Notes: generated from the letters alone by a model not told the origin. Numbered from the stretch's first letter, positions 46,953 through 59,200 are shown. The stretch: 64,000 nt of DNA from Epithemia pelagica (GCA_946965045.2 OX337228.1:3224001-3288000), one strand, 5' to 3'. Numbers and translations are program-made.

Positions 46953-49145
46953 TCATACTCTTAACCTGTCATCAAGTGAATTCTCTCTAATATCTTTTTT
47001 GAGAGCATTGATGATTGTTGTGACCGTGGCTCCATGGCCATACACATCATAAATTCTGTCACAGGCCATGTGTGAAGTAAGTCCAGCATTGATTAACAGT
47101 GCAATCCGATCCCAAACAATTTTTCTTCTGTGATACTTGTGCTTACACCGGCCTCTTTCCTGTCTGCTAAACATCCTTGCAGGTTTTCTACCACCAATCC
47201 CTACCATGTATTCCTCCCAGAGAGTGTACAAGTTTCTTGGAGTTGGAGAAAGCTCTGCAAGCACTAGTGGGTTTGCCACTCCGACAGCATCACCATCAAA
47301 ATTTTCTGCACCATGCTGCTCACCAAGTGGCTGTCCACCCGCAAGAACAGCACCACCAGCACCATTACCTCCAAAATTATTCTGATATACTGGTGCATTG
47401 TTCTCATTATTATTGTTGGCATGATTGTTTCTTTGATTTCCATTTTGTTGATTGTTTCCTCGTATTGCACGACGCAAGAGGCGGAGTGGTTCCTGAGAAA
47501 TGCGGCGCATGTTTGAGTGAACGATTCGAAACTGACTCTGCATCATTGCTCTGTCAGTTTCTCTTCCTTCTACAATGGATTCAGCCATTGCTGACATAGA
47601 AGACTGGATTGTGTTGAGTTGGTTGACAATCGTATGAAGCAGTTGCCGGGAAGTCTGGCTCTCCATGTGTCCTCCCAAGACAACTGGTTGCTGCAAGGGT
47701 GGTTCATCATTCGGAATGGGCGCTTGCCCTTCAACATTATTGTCTTGCGCTGGTGCAGGAGCTGTTGAAACCCCAAGTGATGCAGCAGCTGGTGTCGCAT
47801 TGATTTCGGTTATGACAAGCGTTGCGTCATCACCAGTGACAACAAGAAGTTTCTTTTCCACAGGATTAGCAAGGGCTCCTGATGTATCCTCTTCACCCAC
47901 AAGCTCTCTATAGGCATCAGTTACGCGGGCAACAATTGCTGGAGGGACCCAGTGTTTCTTGTCTGAAAAAATTACCCATGGAAGAGCCTTCCCCAAAATT
48001 GTAGCTAAAGTCCTTCCGTACACAGAGCCAGCAATAGATGGCACAACATGATCTAGTATCCAATCATTCGTGACACAACTGTTTGTCTTGATTCGGTAGC
48101 TGCAGGGTCCTCCTGGACACAACAATGCCGCAACCTTGCCATCTGGGTATGGCAGTTCAGCGTCATCATAGACATCCGAAACGCGGCGATTCTTCTTCCA
48201 GCGACCTCTATAGTCCTTTTCATCCTTTGATGCACCTCCTCGCCTAGCTCTTGTTGAGCCAAATTTGCGTATACTATAAGCTCCCAATAGCCCACCACGC
48301 TCTCTAACAAATTCACTGCTGGCATAGAGTTTGGTCAGCACTTCTTGGACATAGTCATTTGTTGCTTCACCTCCTTTGGGTACTCTTGTGTCCGTTGTGA
48401 ATGCGAAAACATAGGGAGTCAATAAAGGGCCCGATTGACTTGATAGAAAAAACTCAAGCCATATGGCAAGGCCAATGAAAACACAGAAAAATGGATCCCG
48501 AGAGCCAAGAACAATCTGCCATGGTGCGTCTCCCTCTTGTTGCACATTCTTAGCCCATGAGAGTTGCGCCTTGACAGCAAACTCAGGATAAACATCATGT
48601 GGCTCTAGGAGCTCTTTTTTCCACTGGCTCACGCAGTCAGGGCGTGCAATCATGTGACTTAGAAAATTCACAAAACCTGGTATGCCATACCGAGTTATGT
48701 GGCCATTCTCTGGACTCTCTCGAAGGATGATCTGCACCTGGCGGAACTCACCCTCGGTCAAAGGACGGCGAGCTTTCGACTCAACTCCTTGCTTGCGAAC
48801 TTCCTTCTTTCTCACGCGCGTGATAAGGTCATTAACCTCTTGGGACTTTGTTGGGTTGCCTGACATAGATTCTTCATTCCAGTGCGGAAGTCGGCATGGC
48901 ATGAACGATGAAATGGCCTTCTTCCAATATAGTATTGATGATGAGCGTGCATGTGTTGGATTGGCATCAATTGGTGGATCATCAACCCCAAACGTCTTGA
49001 AATTCATCCATCTCACTATGTCTACTGGTTTGAGTCGCAACAACTGCTCCCTTGAGAACTGCGTTCCTTGGCTGTAGGTCCGTCCATCCAGATGGCTCAT
49101 CATTGCAACAAGGTAGGGTTTGTAGTCATTCTTGGTTCGAGGCAT
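46953..49145 (-). mobile_element. Crypton-type tyrosine recombinase with a C-terminal GCR1_C DNA-binding domain (intact, intronless ORF; an in-frame upstream ATG is at 49262)
   Basis: YR residues IARPD (R), WAKNV (K), YSIR (H/YxxR), RGRW (W) and DVYD (Y); C-terminal LSPTPRNLYTLWEEYMVGIGGRKPAR...KYHRRKIVWDRI is GCR1_C-like. Confidence 0.8.
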
Positions 49146-49644
49146 CCTGTTTGTCTTGTAGAAATTTGTTGTTCGCCAGTAGGGATGATTGTTGCTCTTT
49201 TGTCGCTCTCTTGAATTTGTGATGGTTGGTTGTAAGGTTGTATTGACTGTACTTTTACCCACAGTATGTGCGTCAAACTAGTTGTCTTTTACGGCCTAAA
49301 AAAACAGCCAAAAGTACGACAGTTGGTTGTATGATATACCACAGTAGTCCTAAGAGGGCAGTGTGTAGATACCACTATGTGCTCGCGCAATACCACAACC
49401 TCGTCTACTGCCTTCACCTAGAGCCTACTGGAGAAAATACTACATTGGTTGTATTTCCTACCTACTCCTAGGAGTAGTTGGGAGTAGCAGTGAACAACAT
49501 ACCCACATTCTGCAAAACTTGGGCCATCTGCTCCAATAAGGCAGACTCGTGAGAGGTTTACAAGACAAAATGAATTAGAAGACGAAAGACACAACTTTAA
49601 TCCATAATTCTGGCATCACACTCTAAGAATCTGAAGTTTAATGC

Positions 49645-52600
49645 TTATCCTAACGTGAGGGCGTTGGTCTGGATAAGTGATTGGAAGGTCGCTTGGAGCT
49701 TGGGATCATCGCTAAGTCTCGCTTGAATTAGAGGACCCAATCTCCCTGGCTGTTGCGCCGACAGTGAGCTGAGAGATTGGCAAAAGTATGTCACTGGATC
49801 TCCAATGTCCGGAAAAGGGTCTTCGATTCGCTTTCTCGCAAACTGCAGCTGGGAAAACTGAGCGTCGTAGCAAACCTCGACCTTTTCATCGTCAACCAAG
49901 TCAGCGATCTCTGTGCTATCCTTCAGCGTCTGTGATCCCAACAGCTTTACAACCGCAGCAAAGCCCATACCCCAAGCTGCATCTCCGGTTCCGTCAGAGA
50001 GGAGGCGAACAGGTGCCTCACATAGCAACTTTGTCAAGCCCACGACCTGAGTCTTCGCATGAGTCCTTTGTGACGGGTCGCTAGTAACGACATGCGATGC
50101 CCAAACATCTTTGACAATCATTTTAGTCATGCCTGGTTGGATCTGTTCGATCACTTCATAGAAACATGAGGGGCCAAACTTCCCAATAAAGATTGCAAAA
50201 AAGTTCGTCACATAAGAGAGAAACTTGGGTGTTCGACTTTCTTGAAGTCGTGTGAAAATCAAAGTGAAGATCATCTTCAGATGCTGGTTCAAGTGTTCTT
50301 GAGGAAAATACAAGATGGCGCCATTCAGAATTATGAAGCTGTTTTCAGCAGTGGAGCGTGCCGATAACAGCTTTTGGAAAATGCCTAAAACAGGAACCAT
50401 AAACTCAACAAGGGAAGGCCCTGCTTGCCGTAAATAAGCAAGTAAAAGACGCGACAGAGCTGGCACTTTGCCCTTCTCCCATATTTCCCCAGTCATTAGT
50501 GGAGGGAAGAGTTGTTCATATGCTGACCCAAGCCCTGACTCCCGTGGACGATACTCCAGAAGCTGCGATAACACTTGGAAGACGTACGGAGTAAACTCCT
50601 CAACCCGCATCTGAAGAACAGTGTTGAAAGGCGGGAAAAGAAGAGCTTCAAATGAGGATGTAGCGCTTGGGTCTTCCGAGCACACATTTCGAATCAGAAC
50701 CGCAATTGATTCAAACAAATAATGATTGAACTGGGGGTTTCTTGGGTTCTTTGCAATGCGTCCTAAAACGTCCGTAAGCTTTGTGATCACGATCTGCGTC
50801 ACCGCCCGGACACCCGGACCAACGATAGCCAAGGCTCTTGTGACACATTTCATCGCATAGTAATTCTCGTTCAGTTCCTTGTTATCGATAATCCCAAACA
50901 GGCCAGTGAAGAGGGGCTCAAGAAAAGAATTAAGAGCTTGACTTCCCATCTTGCGTTGTCCCCGTTCATCTTTACACATGAGAATGCGCTCGATTGCATA
51001 TGATGCAAAGGTGTGAACCACAACGACAGGGGATGACAAGTGGGAAATCAAGATTGGGAACAATTGCACAATATTCTCGTGGGTGTACTGGTTTCGGAAA
51101 GTTGCAATAAATTTGATAGACGTAGCCTTCACCACAGGTCGATTCTGATGGTTGGTGTCTTGAAGCTCCGGTATAATTTGTGTTTGGAAGAACTCAATCA
51201 AGTTCGATGCCGGGTTAATCTCGGACACACCTTGCGTACTTTCTCGACGAATGGAAACCCCCATCATCAAATTGATCTATATTGAGGTCGCAAGGAGGAA
51301 AGAAGCATGAGAACACATGGAGGAAGGAATGAACGAAAAGAAATTTGTACGTACCGCAGCGTCTTTGGATTTCCAATTGTCCTCACTAATCAGAGATTGG
51401 ATTCGCTCAAGACATATGTGGGTGGTTGATTCGAACTGTCTACACATTGTCTTGAGGCAGTCCTGGCTGCACTTGCGACGCGTTTCGCTGTCACTGCCCT
51501 CCACTTCCGTGAGCATAAACTCATGCGGGTCGTCCTCAAACCGTTCTTCGTCGGAATCACGGAAAAAGAGATTGGGAACAATGATATTGAGGACAATATT
51601 CTTGAGTGTCGTCTCGTCCTTGAACAAGTTGTTGTGCATTGGTTTCGCCATCAAACCGGTTAAGAAGCGTATACTGGTAGTTGCCAAAATATCATGCTTG
51701 GGTTTGGACGTGACACTCAACAGAAGGGCCCCTACGAGGGACGTGAAATTGGACACATATTTTTCCACAAAAACTTCCTCGTCCTTCTCAGCATAATGAG
51801 AAAGAATGTTGATGATTGCAGCTTGGACTTTGTCCAGTGGTCCAGGCTCGAGTTCCTCATCGGGATCATCGAGCAGGGGGAAAATTTTTGGCTGAAGGTA
51901 CGTCGCAGATTCTTCCATCCATTCACCCATATGGTCCTCAAAATACTCTGGGAGATCTTGGAAGTTCAAGCTGAATGCAATCCTATAAATGAGACGCAGG
52001 GTCTCAAAGCGAGGCTTTAGCTGGACAGGATCATGTTGTAGAGCTTGGATTGCGGAACCCGTTTGCTGCAAAAGCGAGAGAAGCGGGGCCTGTACCCCAC
52101 GAAGAGTATACAAAATCACATCGTAGAGCGCATCACTTCGCTCAACATATCGAAAGGTTTTGAAGATTGAATTGGCCGTCTTAAGGACTCCGTTCACGAC
52201 ATTTTGGTCCGTACTACTGAACTGACGGACAAGTTCTGGTAACAGATTTTGCCAATTTGAGTAATAGTCAGTCTTTGCAATGAGACTGATCGATTCCGAA
52301 AGCTGCACTTGAATGAGAACCGGAGTTGAACACATCAACTGCACAAGGTGGGTCTTTACGGTTTGGCGCTCGTTCTCGTCAATAGTGATGCCATTCTCTC
52401 GTGCATCTTCCAGGTCCCATCCTTTCTTGACCGTGTTCTTGAAATGTACTGCGGCGGCTTGTCGAACGTTGGGATCCACTCCATCGGAAGATGCAACAAG
52501 TTGAAGTACCTGCGAAGCATACCCTGGCGATTTCTGTGCCCTGTCAAGATTTTCTTCGGCTGAAAGATTTCGCAAACTAATGTGTGAGTATAAACTCCGA

Positions 52601-52742
52601 CCACAAGACGTGAACGTGACCAATCTGGTTGGTACCATCAATCGATTCGAAATTCCGTACCTGTCTTTCTCACAGTAGGGTTAGGTGACAGAGTTTCCCC
52701 AATAATGAGTTTCAACTGATCCTGATTGCCATTCATGCTCAT
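49645..52742 (-). CDS. CSE1: Exportin-2 / importin-alpha re-exporter Cse1; introns 52660-52560, 51354-51277
   Basis: VRQAAAVHFKNTVKKGW, FNFQDLPEYFEDH-like, ERFEDDPHEF...EGSDSETRR, KNPRNPQFNHYLFESI. Confidence 0.93.
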
Positions 52743-53149
52743 GCCCTTTCTCCTCACAAAAAATGACGAGGATGGATCGTCTGGTTTGCCGACTGCCGAC
52801 TCTTTTCTCGCGATGTCACAGCGTACAAATTTTATGATCTGCTGTCGGGAATTCGAGATGATAGAATTGAATATGGGGGTTTGGCGACAGAGAGTACACA
52901 ATGTACAATACTGGTACTATAACGCCCGGTTATCTATGAGTATACAAACAAGTAGTAGTCTATATACGCCTGCAATATTCGCCGGCCCTCACTCTCACTC
53001 TTCTGTACGACGTACGACGAGGGCACTGGTACTGGTACTGGTACAAGTAAATCGTCAAGGAACGAGCCCGCGAACCACGAGCGCGAGCCTCAAGACCCAA
53101 GCCCGCAACTGCAAGCGCAAGACGCGGCGTGAGAGGTGGAAGTGGAAGC

Positions 53150-55316
53150 ACAATATATAACGAGGGTAGGCTGCTTAGGGCACGAGTGCCGTTACAGCCG
53201 TTGGCGCACGAGTGCGTGCAGCTTCAGCTGCCGCACGAGTGCGCACAACAGCTGTAACGGCACGAGTGCCCTGAGCGTAGCCTGCCATCAGTTAAAAATG
53301 TAATTCCACAGTGTCGATATGTAATTCCACAGTGTCGATACTTTATTCCAAAGTAGACGAGTGCTATTAGTCCCTACATGTAGTAGTCGCTATCCCTACC
53401 ATCTACTTGATAGTATCCTTCATCCTCTGGGAGGAGGAGTACTTGCTTGGCATCAAGTTTTTCTTGGCATCAAATTCTCTGCGTGATGCGTGACACGTGA
53501 CACAATTCAAACAAGAGTTGTAATCCTCCAGCGTGATCACTACAGTTGTAACATGCTACTAATAGTTCTATACTCCGACGAAACGGAAATTCTGCTCCGT
53601 GCTGGAGATGCCGTGACCCGTGACACAACCCACAACCCACAACCCAGTCGACACGATCCTTAACCCCGAGTGCTAAACCCGTACATCCGTCCTAGGTTGA
53701 GCGCTTATGGTCCATTCTTGACATGTCTAAGCACTAAGGATGCCTCTCTACTAGTCTCCTCTACTAGTAGATATACCGGTACCGGTATCTACCTTGATCA
53801 AATTCTTCCAGTGCCATTACACGTGATCAAGACTAAAAATTCCCTCGGTATCAGTGTCCACTGCTTAGCTGTTTTTTGTCTGTGCCACCTTCATAGGTTC
53901 CCAGGTGGACACAGACAGAAAATTTCACTTTTCGTCTGTCCTTTTCACCAATATAGTTCCTCGTGCTGGTGGAAATGCCGGCGTGCAAGTGACAGTTGGC
54001 GGTTAGCATCTTCCTATGACCGTGACCACGATTCAAATTTGGAATCCTTTCACACGACTCTCGTCTCGTCACAAAAATCTCACGCGATGTCAAAAACATC
54101 GACTTTGACCATGAAACGAGCTCTTTCCGAATCCTTGCGACCTGAAGCAGTATTTTGGTTTTTCTCTCTTGTTGCTTGTTGTTTGTCTCTTAGCTTCTTT
54201 CATCTCCTGCATAGTTTTCTCACACGTTATCTCATTAATCTTTGTCCCTGTTAATGTTGATGGTTGGTGCTCCTTTGATTTTGTCGCAATGAACGGAGGA
54301 CAAGTCATTGTAGGCCGTTTGCCACAACTTCTCCTTGCTTTAATCGTAGTGCTGTTTGATTGTTGGTTGGTTGTGTTCTTATTTTTGTAGCATGTTTTTT
54401 TACTCTCATCATTGTGCTTCGCCCATCTCCATGTCGACCACAGATCAAGAACCTTTCGTTGTGTGTCGGGTACTCAAGTACCTAGACCTAGAGATGACGA
54501 CAAACTGAGGCAGCTTGTTGCCACTAGGCCTACTCAAACTAGTCGTCATAGATCACAGAGTCGATCAGATATGCTTCAAGATGGCCTCAAACCTGCACCA
54601 GAGTGTCATGGTTGTTGAAAGCACGGCAATAACACGCACGATCTTACAAAATCTATGAAAGATTAAATCTAGAAACTCCTAATATACAAAGAAAAGAAGC
54701 TCTATGTGGTCTCCAATTTTATGCCGAGGCTCGAATGGAGAATTGGCATTCCATAGGCACAAACATTCACTCTCAATGAAGTGGACAGAGCGAGAGACAG
54801 TTGTCGAATGCCGAATATCAGAAGAGGAAAACGAATACAAGTGTGAGGGAGAAGCTAGAATGACAGTACAAGAGCTGTTGCTGTCATGGAAACATTTTTG
54901 TACGTTCAAACTTACCTCAATTGCGTGAAAGGCGACAATTCATGCCATGCCATTGTGGGTGATGGCCTCTGTATGATTTTATGGGGGATTTGGATGGCGC
55001 ATTCTGCAAAGACCAACCAACCGTCATCCACGCAGGGCCGCTTACTGGGCATGCGTCTGATTCATGAACTGCGAAAACTCCAGCTGGGTATGCGTGCCAA
55101 TTTGCATTTTAGTCATTTCCATTTGCGTCAAAAGTGAAATTTTCTGTCTGTGTCGACTTGGGAACCTATGAAGGTGGCACAGACAAAAAACAGCTAAGCA
55201 GTGGACACTGATACCGAGGGATAATGACACTGGACGATTTTTACTTAGAGACCAGTGGCGACTACTAGAATAATAGCACGAGTCTACTTAGAAAAAAGTA
55301 TCGTCATAGTGTAATT
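53150..55316. mobile_element. Copy 1 of a ~795-bp non-coding repeat unit (putative non-autonomous Helentron/Helitron2-like element), interrupted by a TIR element
   Basis: 53150-53838 plus 55222-55316 match 55317-56111; carries a terminal hairpin, imperfect inverted repeats and an (ACCCACA)n microsatellite. The family assignment is inference. Confidence 0.6.
53841..55221. mobile_element. 1.38-kb non-autonomous DNA transposon with 92-bp TIRs (CCCT...AGGG ends, piggyBac-like)
   Basis: 53841-53932 is the reverse complement of 55130-55221 with 2 mismatches; absent from the equivalent site in copy 2; no intact ORF inside. Confidence 0.75.
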
Positions 55317-56115
55317 ACAATATATAACGAGGGTAGGCTGCTTAGGGCACGAGTGCCGTTACAGCTGTTGGCGCACGAGTGCGTGCAGCTTCAGCTGCCG
55401 CACGAGTGCGCACAACAGCTGTAACGGCACGAGTGCCCTAAGCGTAGCCTAGCCTCAGTTAAAAATGTAATTATACAGTGTCGATACTTTATTCCAAAGT
55501 AGACCGAGTGCTATTAGTCCCTACAGGTAGTAGTCGCTATCCCTACTATCTACTTGATAGTATCCTTTATCCTCTGGGAGGAGGAGTACTTGCTTGGCAT
55601 CAAGTTTTTCTTGGCATCAAATTCTCTGCGTGATGCGTGACACGTGACACGTGACACAATTCAAACAAGAGTTGTAATCCTCCAGCGTGATCACTACAGT
55701 TGTAACATGCTACTAATAGTTCTATACTCCGACGAAGCGGAAATTCTGCTCCGTGGTGGAGATGCCGTGACACAACCCACAACCCACAACCCACAACCCA
55801 GTCGACACGATCCTTAACCCCGAGTGCTAAACCCGTACATCCGTCCTAGGTTGAGCGCTTATGGTCCATTCTTGAATTTAGACATGTCTAAGCACTAAGG
55901 ATGCCTCTCTACTAGTCTCCTCTACTAGTAGATATACCGGTACCGGTAACCGGTATCTACCTTGATCAAATTCTTCCAGTGCCATTACACGTGATCAAGA
56001 CTAAAAGTTACTAGAATAATGACACTGGACGATTTTTACTTAGAGACCAGTGGCGACTACTAGAATAATAGCACGAGTCTACTTAGAAAAAAGTATCGTC
56101 ATAGTGTAATTACAA
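55317..56115. mobile_element. Copy 2 (uninterrupted) of the ~795-bp repeat unit
   Basis: Direct repeat of copy 1; the units are bounded by ACAA at 53150, 55317 and 56112. Confidence 0.65.
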
Positions 56116-56230
56116 AAATATCCGAATGCAAACCCGGAAGATACGTCGCAGAACAACAACACCACATGCGAGAGAAGTTGAAAGAAAAGCAAGATTCAAG
56201 AATTGAATGGTCTGAAGTGACCGCAACAAC

Positions 56231-59200
56231 ATGGAGCCCCATCCCCATGTGGTCCAGGAAGAACCTTTGTCGACTGCTGACAAGGGAATGAACTCAGGAA
56301 ATGGCCACGAAGGAAGTTCGACAGATGGAGCTAGTGGCGAAGAAGTCCCCTTTCTGGGAAATGTTTCGACGGTGGTGGTGGAAGATGACGAGGGAGATCA
56401 TGATGCCCCAGGGGCGAGAGTGGAAAAGCTAAGCCCGGTTCATGAAGAAGGTTTCGATGAAAATGGCGTTTTCAACCAAACGAGCTACAAGAAATGGAAT
56501 AATGATACAGCGACCGTACCCATTCCACCGCCAACCCAAGATAATGCTCGAGTCACTTCTGCAGGGAGTACCTCAAGCAGCTCGTCGCTACGAGCCAGTT
56601 TGGCCACTCGATTTTTCTCGGCAACAGCGAGCGCCACGAAGAAGATAAGATTCTACCGTGGTAGCTCTACCAATTCAGAATCCGACGTGTCAGAGAACAG
56701 GCAGTCAACCCATCTGAAGCGACTTTACAGCCAGCGCATGAGGCAGGAAAAGTTTATCGAGAAGTCTGTTCGCCACCTCACAACGAGTCGCCAAGACGTT
56801 ATTGCTTCCTCTGATGATGAGGCGACAGAAGATTTGTCTAGCGATGCGGCCTTGCGAAAATCGGAGGTCGACGAGCACACAAGAGATCTTACCGAAAAAA
56901 GAAAGCAGGTCTTGGTCATGTTCCGTGAGTGGGAGGAAGCAACAGCTGGTGAGAAAGAAAAGTTCCAAGTACCTCTCGAGGTTCGTGTGCGGGATTTTTC
57001 ATACTCCGTTCTGATCAGACCAGGATCGGAAAAGATTCAAACAGTTTATAACAGCAGCATTCTCTATGTTCTGAAGAAGTTGTACAAAAAGTATTGGAAA
57101 AACGAGGCGGACAACAACGAAATGCCTGTAACGAAAGTCATCCTTGATAATATCAATCTTGTCATTCAACCAGGGAAAAACTACCTTGTTCTCGGACCAC
57201 CTCAAAGTGGGAAAACAAGTTTACTCCGAGCGATATCAGGGCGAGTCAGACCGAGCATAAGGAAACGTCAGAGCAAAAAGCAAGCCATTTCTGGACAAAT
57301 TCTATACAATGGGGCTTCCCTGGAAGAAGGAGGTGAAGAATTTCACATTCAAAATGCAGTTCAGTATATTGACCAGCTGGATCGTCATTCTCCCCGTCTC
57401 ACAGTTGCGGAAACGTTTGAGTTTGCCTTTCAGTGCAAAGCTGGTGGCACAATCTTGCGGGAAACTGAATGGTGCAATGATGAGCAGCTAGCGATCGTAA
57501 AGAAGTATGATCACGAGGATCTCCAAGTGCGTTCAACAATGGTTGCGTTGGGCTTGGATGAAGTTAGCAACACATTTGTTGGAGATACAAACGTTCGCGG
57601 TATCTCGGGAGGACAACGCCGCCGCGTCACAGTTGGAGAAATGTTGCAGGAACGCGTTCCTGTTTTGTGTGGCGACGAGATCAGTACAGGCTTGGATGCA
57701 AGGTCCACTTACGACATGGTTGACCTCCTTGTTCACTTTAGCCAAAGCAACAGTACCTCCCGTGTTATATCACTGCTTCAACCTTCACCGGAAACGGTGA
57801 GTCTTTTCGACGAAGTCATTGTTCTGTCTGAGGGACGGATAATCTACGCAGGACCAATCCTTCAGGTTGAGGGATACTTTGCATCGCTTGGCTACAAATG
57901 TCCTGAGCACATGGACGTGGCCGATTTCCTACAGCAGGTTTCAAGCACGGACGGGGTGGAGTTGTATGATCCCTCCCCAGAGATGAAAGAGAGTTTTCCG
58001 GATGCCCCTACCTCGAGCGAACTTGCGACGCTGTTTAAGGAGAGTGAGTGGGGTAAAAGAATCAAAGAGAAACTCGAGTCTCCACCACATTTCATTTGGA
58101 AGAGAGGGATGAATAGTGTACATGAAGACAGTGTTGTCTCGCGTGCTGCCGATATGAAAGCAGTCAAGCAAAGATATGCCAACTCCACTTTGAAGAATAC
58201 TTGCTTGGTCTTCCAACGGTTCTTGACTCTTTGGAAACGTGACAAGCGCGTAATCATTGCCGGTGCGGCCAAGGTAAGTCCTACGAGATATGTTCCGTTC
58301 TTCGATCTCGCTCTCAACATCGCTTACGTCCTTCATTACTTATATGGCTAGAACATTCTTATGGGTGTGAGTGTTGGAGGAGTGTTTGCTAATAATACGG
58401 ATGAAGTGGATTTAACAGGTGCCTTTTTCCAAGCTGGGTTATTCATCATGCTCAGCGCAATGCAAAATGCGTCCAGCTTGGTCATTGATCGCCCAATTTT
58501 TTTCAAGCACTATGAATCAAATTTCTACTCTGCCTTGCCTTTTGTTCTCGGAAGAACAATGGCTTCTTTTCCTCAAACAATCTCAGATGTTTTACTCTTT
58601 GGGACCTTTCTGTACTATATAATTGGGTTGGCTGGACGAGATGATGCATCAAATTTCTTTGTGTATATTGCCGTTCTGGTGACTTTTGCATTTACAATGC
58701 AGCAACAGTTAGCGGTGTTTGCATCTTTTTCGTCGTCTTCTACTCTTCAAGTTTTGAGCGCTGTAACTCTGTTGTTTTTTATCCTGTTTGGAGGATACAT
58801 CGTAGCGCCAGACATCGTTCCCGGTGAGTTGCCCGCTGGAAGAAAATCTCATCGGACTTGTCCACATGGACTAACACAAGTTTTTCAGATTACTATCTCT
58901 GGGCTTATTGGATCAATCCTTTTGCTTGGGCATACCGAGCTTTGATCGTGAACGAGTTCAGAAGTGGTCGCTGGGAGGACCCAGACGAGGTGCTTCAACG
59001 TCTCGGCTTCACTCTACCAGGTGGGGCACCCTACGGGGATAGCTGGATTGGATGGAGTTTTCTGTACATGGGCTTTTACTTTCTTCTCGCGACTTTTCTC
59101 TGTGCAGTTGGTTTGACGTTTGCCCGGGAGAGAGTGGAATCGAAGACTCTTCAACAAGATGATAAACCTTTGCGCCGAAGCGCAGCTAGCCCTCAGCGAA

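Noticed and set aside
46560-49610. TATGG-type terminal repeats for the Crypton
   Set aside because: TATGG is at 46567 on the plus strand, but the only nearby right-side match is CCATA at 49602, in the opposite orientation. They do not form a consistent direct pair.
53670-54254. 194-aa ORF
   Set aside because: It runs across the junction between the repeat unit and the inserted TIR element, has no recognisable domain, and is likely incidental.
53298-56114. LTR retrotransposon reading (TG...CA direct repeats)
   Set aside because: The repeats are head-to-tail with no gag/pol, PBS or PPT between them, and the intervening DNA is a separate TIR element.
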